From a virus, in the IMG/VR virus record IMGVR_UViG_3300045988_012220, positions 38,228 through 102,227 of that record: 64,000 nt of DNA, one strand, 5' to 3'. Numbering within the stretch: the first letter of the stretch is position 1; every line of letters starts with the position of its first letter. Under the pieces are notes generated by a model. That model saw only the letters and a program-made list of their open reading frames with translations, was not told where the DNA came from and made no database searches. The position numbers and the translations under genes are program-made. Shown here piece by piece: positions 50,801-60,372 of this stretch.

Positions 50801-53800
50801 AACAAGACTAGGAAAATTTTAAAGAGAAGCTTAATAATGAATGGCAAGACAAATATGGTTATTTCTATTACAAAGATCCTATTACTGGAGAGACTTTAAG
50901 AAGTGATACAGAGTCATCAGTAGAAGAAGAGCAATGGATCGGAGATCAAGAACCAAACTATGTAACATATCAAAGAAGATACGAGGAATGGCTGTGTGAT
51001 CATGCACATAGAAGATATTCTAAGACATACTTTATGGAGCGCCTTAGTAAACCTTACGACCCAAAGACTAGAACTGGTCACGGTCTGTCTCCAAGAACGC
51101 TTTCTAGACAGCAATATATACAAGATCAACTTAACTATTTATTATAGAAATGTTCAGATAAGCAGACTGGTTTATCTTACCCAGAAAAGCTTAATCCGCA
51201 CGATTATCAGAAACTGTAGATGTGGAAGGATGCTTTACAAGATTTGGGTAATCCATTTGATCAAGAAGGCAACCTCAAAGAAGGCGATGAGTTACAAACA
51301 GCCCTTGAGATACAGTCTTGGAATAACTGGTTAGCTAAACAAACAGACTATTCTACAGATTTTGAGGAGTTTGATAAAGAGTATCAGAATATATTGAATT
51401 AGATTAAAGCAGGAGAAAAAACTGCATAGGACCTATATAAGTTTATTGATGCTAATTCAGAATATGGTATAAATCCAGAATACCTCGAATATATCTTTGA
51501 TAAAAACAAATCCGCTAAAGAAAGTCTATAGAGAATGTTCTAGAACTCAATGAAGAAGCTTATTAAAACAAAGAATGGCTTTGTTAAAGATTTCAGTAAT
51601 GTAATCTTCTCTGAACAGCCTGATGGTACGGTAAAAGTTCCAGATATGTGGTTCTATTCAAGATCTGCCGATATCAAAAATAATGAAGAGAACAATGCTA
51701 CTGGTATAGACCCAGAAGAATTTAGAGACGCTTTTGATATTAGAGAAGTTCCTTATACAGATCCTTCTGGAATGCAATTAGCTAAAGATGGTGTAACAAA
51801 ATTTGATCCACGTAATAATCCAAATGGCGTAGAGCCTATGTCGTGGTTTGAATATATACTTAAACAGTACACGGATGCAGCTCTTGATGGCAGAATGCCT
51901 AGATATGTATCGCTCGATGGTAAAATAGCGATAGACTTCTCTACACTTGGTGGCAATCGGTAGTCGGTAGAGAGATGGATAGCTGAGAATATTCTTATGT
52001 ATACAAAAACATGGGAAGGTAAGGATGGTTCTATGAAATCTAAGCAAGTTCCACTTACAATATTCTCTCAGATAATTCCTAGACACGCTACATTTGGAAA
52101 TAACTAGCCTACATCTAGATATATTCCTAAAGGTCGTTTTACAACAAAGAAAGGATCTTTTGGCTCTTCTATATACGACGACAAGTTCTACGATGGTGAT
52201 AGAAGTGGTTTGTAGCCAGACTTTGATAAGTATGGAGATAAGGATTTTGTTAAGTTTATATAGAAGGGTGACGCTAGAGCCTAGTATTACAATCTTCTTG
52301 TACAAACTATGGAATAGCAATGGGATAAGCTTGGACTTGATCCATCGTATAATAGATTTAAACTTCCGCAGATGGAGGGAACTTCTGATATGAAGAGATC
52401 TAGAGCTTTTGGTAGCCCTAAAAAGTTCATTAAGAATAAACTTCAAAACGCAACTGGTGCTACGTCTGATGATACAAATATGAGAGACGAAGGTGATTTT
52501 GTACAGCGTAATGGTAAGTGGGTTCTTAAGACTGCGCCAACACGCTTTATAAACGAAATGGAAGACCCTTCAATGATTAGCTCAGATTTAGCTTACACTG
52601 TTGGCATGTTTGTAAATATGGCTAACAACTTTGTAAATAAGTCTAAAGTACAAGCTAAGCTTGAGACATTGGGATATAACTTGTCTGATGAAACAAGAGA
52701 TTCTGAACATCAAGGAACTGGTACTAGATAGCAAGAACGATATGCCAAGATGTTAAAACAATTGTTTTATGAGTCTAGAGAAACGAACGATAATCCTGGA
52801 GAAAAGCCTTCGAAAAAAGCTATCGCAGCAGCAAAACTTGTAAATAAGACTAGGGGTGCTTCAGCTTATCTTATGCTTGCAGCTAACATACCTTCAATGT
52901 TTGTTGGTGTATGGGACTCTTTCACACAGATGCCAGCACAAGCTGCTAGAAATGATCAATTTGGTTTTAGAGACCTTATAAAAGCATACCTTTATACAGG
53001 ATTTGATCTTATGAAGGCTTTAGCTAATATTGGTAACCCTATAGCTAATTGTAAAGCTGTAGCTATGATGTAGAAAGATGGTCTCGTTAGAACAAATGAT
53101 GAGACATTTAAAGACATTTATCGCAATAGAATTACAAAGGCTTTAAAGCAATCAGCTACAGGAGGTTATACAATGGGCGATTATATGATGAACATGCTCG
53201 CACAAAGAGCTACATATAATGCCAAGAAATACTATCCAGGAAACACTGTTGTTAAAGAAGGTTTTTATACAAAGGCTGAGTTCGATAGATTAATGGTAAA
53301 TAGTGGTCTTACATAGAAAGAGATTAATAGGGAATGGAAAGATAACCATGGAGAATCTATGTGGAATGCTTACTATTTCGATCATGGTATAGCAAAGATT
53401 AAACCATCGTATACTAATGCCTAGATGTAGGACAGTAAGTTATCTGCTACCATACAGCAAACTATGGCATTGCTTAATGGTAACTCGCCAAAGAATGATC
53501 AATCAGCTGTTAGTAACAATGTCTTGCATAAATTCTTCTTCTTAATGCGTAACTTCTTTATACGTAGAGCAGAACATTGGTTTGCAGGATATACTTCAGA
53601 TAACGTTGTAAGAGAGATTGAATAGATAAAAGAAACTATGCAAAGAGGTGGTACAACAACCATTAAAACTAAAACTGTTCGTAAACCTCTAACAAATGAG
53701 TAGAAAGCACAGAGATGCATGTATGACTATAGTACTGGTGAAGCTAATCCAGCTGTATTAGTAAATCTTATGAGAGGAGCGCATACTCAGCTTAAATGGT

Positions 53801-54504
53801 TTAACCAGCAGATGTTTAATCGTCAAGCCACTATTACAGATCCGGTTAAATTTAACAAAAATGAAGTAAAATCTCTTAGAGAGTTTTTGACATGGGGGCT
53901 TTGTCTAGCATTACTTTCTGTAGGATGGATGGCGTTTCATAGATATGTATAGGACGATACAAAAGATCTTAAACCTAAGACTTATGAAGACTCTTTGCCT
54001 ACTGTAAAGAACTTTATAGACTAGAAGGTTTACCTCAGACTTATAGACCAGTGTATGTTCAGAACTATTGACTCACAATTTCAGTTGTACAATGTTTATT
54101 AGTTTGTAGATATGGTTAAATCCGCAACAACTGTAACATCTGCTGTAGAGAAATTCACGGAAGTACCTACAGCTATTGCTGATGCAGCCGGATTAACAGG
54201 AAATAATCCAACCGACATTATTTCGTCTGACTCAAAGTATAAATACTTCCCACGTTGGCAAAGATCTTTAATGACAGCCTCTGGAGTCCTTAACAATATA
54301 CAAACATGGGGCTCCAGTAGAGGTAACGATAAAGTAGGTAGATGGTACTTTGACAACACAGTGACAGGTACCGTGTTTAAGATGGGTGGATATACATGGA
54401 AAGGTGGCGAAGAAAAGAAATCTAGTTCTGGTAATGTGTTTAAAATGGCTCCAATGTAGCCGATGCCAAAAATGGCACCTATGGCACCAATGCCTGGATT
54501 TTAA
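47812..54504 (+). CDS. giant cargo/ejection-type protein with HEMLH zincin motif and C-terminal TM segments (2,230 aa)
   Basis: The ATG at 47812 overlaps the previous TAA and is preceded by aaggaggt. TAA 54502-54504. Nine track ORFs (47812 through 54112) share frame 1. All gaps were written out codon by codon: about 50 TAGs, no TAA/TGA. HEMLH lies at 49516-49530. Hydrophobic segments are ASAYLMLAANIPSMFVGVW and FLTWGLCLALLSVGWMAF. The tail reads KMAPMQPMPKMAPMAPMPGF. Confidence 0.75.
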
Positions 54505-54547
54505 ACGCGTACTAAAACATTTCACATAAACCAAACCAAACAAAATA

Positions 54548-54578
54548 GGGGAGCAATACCGATAAGGTACTGTTCCCC
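54548..54578. terminator. hairpin at the convergence point of the two modules (bidirectional terminator candidate)
   Basis: ggggagca...tgttcccc forms an outer stem with an inner tacc/ggta stem and a gataa loop, followed by tttgttgtt. It lies between the + strand stop at 54504 and the - strand stop at 54586. Confidence 0.55.
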
Positions 54579-54585
54579 TTTGTTG

Positions 54586-55050
54586 TTATATAAGGTTTTC
54601 TAAAAAGAGTGGAGCCTCGTCTGCCAACGGCATAGCGTAATCCGTTTCTACAGACAAGGTGCTATTACATAGCAATAATCTTCCTATATCTGAAGTAAGA
54701 CCCCAAAACTGCAAAATTCGAGTCCTTTCTTCTAGAGTCGGAGAGATTACTCCATCTTTCATCTTACATATCGATGGCGTCATACTAAGCTTGTACACCA
54801 TATATGGTATATTATTGCACCGTTTAGTATAAACGCCTTTAAAACTAGGTGATTTAATAAAACGTCGTGCTCTATCTATAGATAAAGCATTCCGTACATC
54901 GTCGTTAACAACGAAGTAGATGCTACGATAATCCCCCGGATTGTCAGGGTCATACGTATAGATATCTATAAACCCTGATTTTTCAGAGAAGTCATCTAGC
55001 TTAATATCGTTCATAATCAAAGGCATTGCTACCTTTGCAAATTTACTCAT
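54586..55050 (-). CDS. hypothetical protein (154 aa)
   Basis: An intact ORF under the standard code with a TAA stop. Its start overlaps the upstream TGA (ATGA). Confidence 0.7.
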   Translation of the reverse strand: MSKFAKVAMPLIMNDIKLDDFSEKSGFIDIYTYDPDNPGDYRSIYFVVNDDVRNALSIDRARRFIKSPSFKGVYTKRCNNIPYMVYKLSMTPSICKMKDGVISPTLEERTRILQFWGLTSDIGRLLLCNSTLSVETDYAMPLADEAPLFLENLI

Positions 55051-56087
55051 AGGTTTAAAGTTTCGCTACCGTCTCCAGTGTAATAATCATAGCTATGGTC
55101 CCATTTATCTGTTCCCAAATGCCATAAATACACTCTCATGAAATCATGTATCGTTACACCTCTAGAAGTAACTTGTGGAGTAGCTAATCTGAATACTCTT
55201 ATCTCGTTACTACCTGTTGTATCGATAGCTACGATATAGAATTCAAATCTCCATTTGTTAATTTCACCATTACTTAATTCTAACACATTAGTCAGATACC
55301 AATATACTGCTTCCTGATAAAAACACAACTGCCTACAGTAATCAAATTCTTTCATACTGTCTTCAAAGTGCCATAACTTAGCTGTAGTTTTGATATCCAT
55401 AATTGTACACGTTCTTGTATCAAAGTTAAATGTACAACTATCAAGCAATGATTTGCACGCAATAGAAGTATAAGCTCCGTGATTTAGTTCATCTACAATC
55501 CAGTAATCCCAGTTTATCTGGAATTCGTGGTATATCTGAACATTTTTATAATCACCAGCCCTTTGTACTAGTCGGTTTGCTAACTTATGCTCTTCAACAT
55601 TATGCTGAATCTTCATAAGCTGGTCTAAGTCATACTGAGATATAAGTATCTTCTTAGACTTAATAGCTTCGATATAATCCTTATACTCTACGCTTATTTT
55701 AAGCGCTTCTGAGAGGATTTTATCTTCGCTCTTTCCAACTATACTATAAGACTTGCGATAGGCCTCTGAGAGCTGTTTATTTAGCTCTATTTCAACGGTA
55801 TTTATTAAGTTTTCGCAGAACTTTTGTGCTTGCGCACTTTTAGGCTTATCGCCATCGAACAGAACGTAATCATTCCAGAACTGATCTGGTTGAAGCAGGA
55901 ACTCGTGTATCATTGTTCCTTTACGTAACTGTGGCAAATCTAAGCCTTTCTCTTTACCATCTAACATATTACGAAAATAGGTCGGCCCTTTATTCAAGAA
56001 CCAGCCTATCGCACTATTACTAATGCGCGTATTATCTTCGTAGTATGGAATGTCGTATTCTGGTATTTTGTACTCTGGTGTTTTCAT
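55047..56087 (-). CDS. PD-(D/E)XK (RecB/YqaJ-like) nuclease (346 aa from ATG 56087)
   Basis: An intact ORF. IMDIKTT followed by CRQLCFYQEAVYWY fits the D..(D/E)xK plus QxxxY pattern of RecB-family exonucleases. I prefer ATG 56087 (MKTPEY…, overlapping the upstream TAA) to the track start at 56117. Confidence 0.6.
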   Translation of the reverse strand: MKTPEYKIPEYDIPYYEDNTRISNSAIGWFLNKGPTYFRNMLDGKEKGLDLPQLRKGTMIHEFLLQPDQFWNDYVLFDGDKPKSAQAQKFCENLINTVEIELNKQLSEAYRKSYSIVGKSEDKILSEALKISVEYKDYIEAIKSKKILISQYDLDQLMKIQHNVEEHKLANRLVQRAGDYKNVQIYHEFQINWDYWIVDELNHGAYTSIACKSLLDSCTFNFDTRTCTIMDIKTTAKLWHFEDSMKEFDYCRQLCFYQEAVYWYLTNVLELSNGEINKWRFEFYIVAIDTTGSNEIRVFRLATPQVTSRGVTIHDFMRVYLWHLGTDKWDHSYDYYTGDGSETLNL

Positions 56088-56977
56088 TAGCATCCTGCAC
56101 AACAACCACAACAACAATCATCTGAAGCTGCTTTCTTCTTAACATTCTTCAGACAGTTATCTTTACAAGAGCGAGCATGAGGCTTTATGGCACCTTTTGA
56201 AGAAAGGTTCATATCCTCAAACAACTCTTCGAATGTCGTAGTAGGATAGTTATTAGCTTCCTTTACGAAAGAAACAATGTTATCAAAACTACATACCTCG
56301 AAGTTGTCCTTAATAAAGTCTGTTAAAGACTTTACTTCTTTCTTGTCGTTAAGCTTATCATTCAATACCTCCATTATAAGAGATGGAGACATCTCGTCAA
56401 ACTCACGCCAATAACGTATACGAGAACAACGATCTATCAGATATTCTGATATCTCACTGTCATCGTTACAGGTAAACAAAATCATATGCTTACCCTTGGT
56501 ATCAGATCCATCCAATACCTGCAACAAGAAAGAGTCGTCGTAATCCGCAAGAACTTTATCAAGCTCGTCAAACAAGAAGCAAACACTTGTGTCACCGAAC
56601 TTCTCTACAAGATTTCGAAGGATATGTGGACGTATATTTTTGTCTATGTTCACGATCGGAAGACCGCTCTTATTGGCAATCATCTTAGCCATTACTGTCT
56701 TTCCTGATCCCTTTAATCCTGCGAGCATTACACCAGTAAATCCGCCTTCAGACAGATTATAGCTATTAATAACTTTGTCTATGAAACGTTCGTCACGTTG
56801 TGTACAATATACCTTAGAAGGTAAAGATAATTCACCAGACTCTTCAAGTGTTATGGCATCTGTGAAACGATCTACAATAACATTATAAACCATTCCTGGT
56901 GTCAAATCACACTCAAGTCCTTCTGTGTTAAACTTAAAGTTTACGCTCTTACCTACTTTCAAAAATTTCTTTTCCAT
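56087..56977 (-). CDS. AAA+ ATPase with Cys-rich C-terminal tail (296 aa from ATG 56977)
   Basis: Walker A is GLKGSGKT and Walker B is CFLFDELD. The protein ends …SDDCCCGCCAGC. The track start at 57001 is a TTG; the first ATG gives MEKKFLKVGK. Confidence 0.75.
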   Translation of the reverse strand: MEKKFLKVGKSVNFKFNTEGLECDLTPGMVYNVIVDRFTDAITLEESGELSLPSKVYCTQRDERFIDKVINSYNLSEGGFTGVMLAGLKGSGKTVMAKMIANKSGLPIVNIDKNIRPHILRNLVEKFGDTSVCFLFDELDKVLADYDDSFLLQVLDGSDTKGKHMILFTCNDDSEISEYLIDRCSRIRYWREFDEMSPSLIMEVLNDKLNDKKEVKSLTDFIKDNFEVCSFDNIVSFVKEANNYPTTTFEELFEDMNLSSKGAIKPHARSCKDNCLKNVKKKAASDDCCCGCCAGC

Positions 56978-56997
56978 ATTTACTGATATTATAATAC

Positions 56998-57384
56998 TCA
57001 AATATTGGTTTTTATCTCTTCTATCATCTCGTCTACCTGTTTATGGTTACGGACAAGATAACATTTCATTTTACTTCGATGTCGCTTAAGATAATGCTTA
57101 AACAATTTCCATCTAAGTGGGAACGAATCTCCCATAAGGCCTTTACATTCTACTACAAACCCTTTTCCTATGAAGTCAGGTAGATATGTTAAAGGTCTTA
57201 TTTTTTCGCCTAAATACTCGAACTTATCCAGTAATACGAAATGCTTTGGCTCATATTTAACTGGTATTCCAGCTTTCATAAAAGCTTCATAAGTATAGCA
57301 TTCGAGTTTGCTCCTAAAATGGAGGCCATACTTATCGACTTTAGTCGCATTTCGCACCCTGCCTTTAGATTTCTTGCCTATCAT
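56998..57384 (-). CDS. small PD-(D/E)XK-type nuclease, DUF1064-like (128 aa)
   Basis: FRSKLECYTYEAF…YLPDF…VVECKG matches, from memory, the DUF1064 / restriction-endonuclease-like pattern (SK.E…PDF…E.KG). Confidence 0.55.
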   Translation of the reverse strand: MIGKKSKGRVRNATKVDKYGLHFRSKLECYTYEAFMKAGIPVKYEPKHFVLLDKFEYLGEKIRPLTYLPDFIGKGFVVECKGLMGDSFPLRWKLFKHYLKRHRSKMKCYLVRNHKQVDEMIEEIKTNI

Positions 57385-57679
57385 AATAAAAATTCTTTCC
57401 CCTTATCTTGGATACAGAAGTTTTATTAAAATAGACAATTTCGCCGTCAGTTACTTTTTGTTCACCTTCATGATGGACACATGCACATATACATCCATCA
57501 TCACTATAACTATCCCAGATAGTCATTTGCAATTTATTTGGAAGACAAATGCGCATAAATCCACCTTTGCTAAGGTGAATTTTCTTAGTCAGCTTCTTTG
57601 TAAGCCATTTATGCAATAGAGGAGACATTACTGCACCTCCCAGCACACCAAGCAGGCATCCTATTACTACATCAATCAT
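57365..57679 (-). CDS. small membrane protein (104 aa)
   Basis: An intact ORF with an N-terminal hydrophobic segment VVIGCLLGVLGGAVMSPL. It overlaps both neighbours. Confidence 0.55.
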   Translation of the reverse strand: MIDVVIGCLLGVLGGAVMSPLLHKWLTKKLTKKIHLSKGGFMRICLPNKLQMTIWDSYSDDGCICACVHHEGEQKVTDGEIVYFNKTSVSKIRGKNFYYDRQEI

Positions 57680-58643
57680 ATTTCTGTAACGTTTTTGTTA
57701 ACCAGTCTTTCATGGTGCTAAATCCGTTGTCACGAACAGCATCTGATAGATCTTTGGCTTTAAATTTCTTATTAATGAAAAAAGCATCTATATTATATTG
57801 TTTGCTGTATTGTCTAGCCTTAAGCATACCAGTTTTATCTCTATCATACAGTATAACTATATGTTTCCATTTGGAACGTAGAGATCTAAGTATATCTTCA
57901 GGTATAAACACAGTTTCACTAGCAGCAGCTATTGCATTAAAACCCATCTCGTAGCAACACATGACATCTTTCAATGATTTTGTTATTATGAGTAGGTCGC
58001 CTCCTTCCTTAGGCAATTCGGATAATCCCTGTACGTGCCGATTCGTCAAATTGGTACGCCATTTAGTAAACTTGGAAGCAAGTGGACGATAAATCTTAAA
58101 CTTGTCATACACTTTATATGCATACATAGGACTATTTTCTTTGTAGATACTTCGTACGATACTATTACAAAGAAAGTATTTAATGCTGAATACATTGAAC
58201 TTTTTTAGAGTATCAATATGTATTCCAAACTGTTTCCAGTATTGTTTGTCTACATTAGTAAACGACTGTCGAACTATTCCGATATCGGTATCTCCTTTCG
58301 GTGTATCGTACGTATTTGTCCTTACGATTGTATTAGGATTTATTCTGCGTACGATTCTCAATAATTCTCGTTCAAGTTCTTCTCTAGTCGTTATACCTTT
58401 GTATTCTTTTAGGAACTTCAGAGCATTTCCACACTCCCCAGTTCCAAGGTCTTTCCATAGCAGTCCTCCGGTTTTAGAATGAAATATTCCAAATGACGGG
58501 TTTTTATCTCCAGACCTTAAAGGGCTATTCATAAGCTTTCCAACTTTGAATTGTCCTAAACAATACGTATAGATGTCTAAATCATTTACTTTGTCCAAGA
58601 TGTCTCTCAAGGACATAGTAATTGCTGTTCTAGTACTATACAT
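57672..58643 (-). CDS. DNA primase, Toprim domain (323 aa)
   Basis: The Toprim-like pattern is LLIITKSLKDVMCC…AAASETVFIP…IVILYDRDKTG (conserved E and DxD). It sits within the replication gene cluster. Confidence 0.7.
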   Translation of the reverse strand: MYSTRTAITMSLRDILDKVNDLDIYTYCLGQFKVGKLMNSPLRSGDKNPSFGIFHSKTGGLLWKDLGTGECGNALKFLKEYKGITTREELERELLRIVRRINPNTIVRTNTYDTPKGDTDIGIVRQSFTNVDKQYWKQFGIHIDTLKKFNVFSIKYFLCNSIVRSIYKENSPMYAYKVYDKFKIYRPLASKFTKWRTNLTNRHVQGLSELPKEGGDLLIITKSLKDVMCCYEMGFNAIAAASETVFIPEDILRSLRSKWKHIVILYDRDKTGMLKARQYSKQYNIDAFFINKKFKAKDLSDAVRDNGFSTMKDWLTKTLQKYD

Positions 58644-58950
58644 AACTTATAAGTTAGGTACCTATATAGATTGCAAATCTATTAATATAAGAGATTCTAT
58701 ATATTAGTATGCATACATAAGTACTTTCCATTGGGTTCCGTCGAGTTTTTTATTGTTTTGTTCTAAGCTGTTCAAAAAATCTCGTTTACATGTAGTTTAG
58801 CATGTATTTTACGTACATAATCAATACTCAGCTTTAGCCTCTACACTTTATTAAGTTATATTCGGAGCTATTTAGAAGTACTTTCTTCAAATAGACGAAT
58901 AGCCGTTCTGCCTAGGCTGTTAGCCCCTATACCTAGCTCTTTTTGCATAG

Positions 58951-59030
58951 TGGAGTATACGGGAATCGAACCCGTATTGCCTTCTTTTCCGTAAGAAGGT
59001 CACCATTCTCAGTGCGCACATACATACCCC
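58951..59030 (-). tRNA. tRNA-like element 1 (80 nt, non-canonical; possibly degenerate Arg-ACG-like)
   Basis: On the - strand it has a canonical T arm ACGGG-TTCGATT-CCCGT. The acceptor helix GGGGTAT/ATACTCC has 7 bp including 1 G-U, with discriminator A and no encoded CCA. The anticodon-arm region is 20 nt instead of 17 (CCTTC-TTACGGAAAA-GAAGG). Six extra nt (gtatgtatgtg repeat) separate the acceptor and D stems. Confidence 0.4.
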
Positions 59031-59041
59031 TTATAAATTAG

Positions 59042-59162
59042 TGCTTGCAAAAGGAATCGAACCTTTAAACCGAAGCTTTCGTTAAAACTCATTAGTCGAC
59101 TTCATGAGTTAATGCATATGCACCTACTAACAACCCAGCTTACCAATACTGTGTATACAAGC
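59042..59162 (-). tRNA. tRNA-like element 2 (121 nt, non-canonical, extra arms)
   Basis: T arm is AAAGG-TTCGATT-CCTTT. Acceptor GCTTGTA/TGCAAGC has 7 bp including 1 G-U. Positions 8-9 are TA, and a D-arm-like CACAG-TATTGGTAAG-CTGGG follows. Between the D and T arms are three hairpins: GTTAGT…ATTAAC, AACTCAT-11 nt-ATGAGTT and CGAA-AGC-TTCG. The 11-nt loop contains CTA but not after a U33. Confidence 0.4.
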
Positions 59163-59384
59163 AAATTGAGCAGTTTAATGACATGCTCAGGTCTACGTTG
59201 ACGGACGTAGAATAGTTTACGGACATATTCAGGTCGGGGACTTCATTAGTACATCCCAGATCCAACTTAAGTATGGTTCACTCATGAGATCTGGCACCCC
59301 AGGAGAACCAGGGTGCAATAAAAAGAGTGTGCACCTATTCTCACGGACCGGAGTTTTCTGCATACATTTGTACCAATGAAATTG

Positions 59385-59572
59385 TGGCTATGCTAGGAAT
59401 CGAACCTAGCAGAATGGATAAAAGAAAATACGCCAAAAATAAACCATTCTTGTCATGTGTCTCACGACACCCTGACTAGCCTTATTGGAGGCATTTCACC
59501 TCCAAAGGGTAACTGAATTACCTAGCTCCACCAATACCCTTTCATGGCAGTATTACCTCCCTGGGTATAACC
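59385..59572 (-). tRNA. tRNA-like element 3 (97 or 188 nt depending on 5' partner, non-canonical)
   Basis: T arm is CTAGG-TTCGATT-CCTAG with 3' acceptor strand CATAGCC. Two 5' partners are possible: GGTTATA at 59566-59572 (6/7 pairs, followed by CC and a D-like CAG-GGAGGTAATA-CTG) or GGCTAGT at 59475-59481 (5/7 pairs). The interior has a 7-bp stem AGAATGG/CCATTCT enclosing 26 nt. Confidence 0.3.
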
Positions 59573-59676
59573 ACTTGTTGTATAGTTTGACACTCCTGCT
59601 ATGTAGATCGTATAAGAACCATCTACCGGATTTCATACAGTCAAGTAGTATTTCTATTTCTTCAGGCGTAAATTCC

Positions 59677-60282
59677 TTAAAAGGGAAGGTCAGATGCGCC
59701 TGCTGCATCCGCAGTTTCCGGAGTAACGGTTGGTGGTACGTTAAGCGGATCGTTGTTCTCCTTATCGGCAACAACTGGACGCTCCATAAGATCGTTCTTA
59801 AAGAGCTTAATCTGCGAATTTGTATTAGACATGTCTTCAACGAAGATTCCAAGCTTACTTACTTGAGTATAGCCCTTCTTGTCGTAAATAACCTTCAAAC
59901 GGAGTTTCTTCTTGGTAGCGATCATAGGATCAAGCATTTGCTTTGTCCAGTCGATCATCTCCTTAAATGTAGAAAGCTCTGCATCTGGTCTCTGCGGATA
60001 AAAACAATCGAGAATCTGACAAACTCGTCCAAACTGAGCGTTGTCACGCTTCTGCAGATCTTCGTCTGTCTTAATATACATTCCCTTTGTATTCTTCCAC
60101 TCTGTCATAGTAGCTGTTTGACCATTTTCATTCTCAAATACAATCTCAAGAAAATCGAGACCCTGAGGAGACTTGTTACAGTTTACCTCTTTAAGAGTGA
60201 TATTCTGGTTAATGCCTACTGGCATATAACTACTATTACTAAATTCTTCGTTGTTAATTGCGGCTGTCTTTGTACTAAACAT
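59677..60282 (-). CDS. ssb: single-stranded DNA-binding protein (201 aa)
   Basis: An intact ORF whose acidic C-terminus ends …AAGASDLPF, like the conserved D-(I/L)-P-F tip of bacterial and phage SSBs. It lies in the replication cluster. Confidence 0.65.
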   Translation of the reverse strand: MFSTKTAAINNEEFSNSSYMPVGINQNITLKEVNCNKSPQGLDFLEIVFENENGQTATMTEWKNTKGMYIKTDEDLQKRDNAQFGRVCQILDCFYPQRPDAELSTFKEMIDWTKQMLDPMIATKKKLRLKVIYDKKGYTQVSKLGIFVEDMSNTNSQIKLFKNDLMERPVVADKENNDPLNVPPTVTPETADAAGASDLPF

Positions 60283-60372
60283 AATCTCTATTATTTTAAT
60301 ATACGTAATGCTAATATATCTAATTTACTCTCAGCATAGTATGCTGTTGATCGAATAAACCGATACATCAAT

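Noticed and set aside
58673-58680. A Bacteroidetes-type -7 promoter box (TAgaTTTG on the - strand) about 30 nt upstream of the primase start.
   Set aside because: I could not find a matching -33 TTTG element at suitable spacing, and a single 8-mer match in AT-rich DNA is weak. I left it unannotated.
58864-58940. A 77-nt + strand tRNA suggested by ggagcta … tagctct pairing, and a tttagaa (ttctaaa on the - strand, CUA-containing) loop candidate at 58871-58877.
   Set aside because: No T arm or T-loop consensus lies between the putative acceptor strands. The 5-nt flanks of the CUA-containing heptamer are not complementary on either strand.
59485-60339. A 284-aa + strand ORF, the longest uninterrupted + strand ORF in this region.
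   Set aside because: It is antisense to the SSB gene and runs into the tRNA-like island. It has a low-complexity Leu/Ser/Cys/Ile-rich composition and no recognisable start context. The - strand SSB ORF has a convincing C-terminal DLPF tip.
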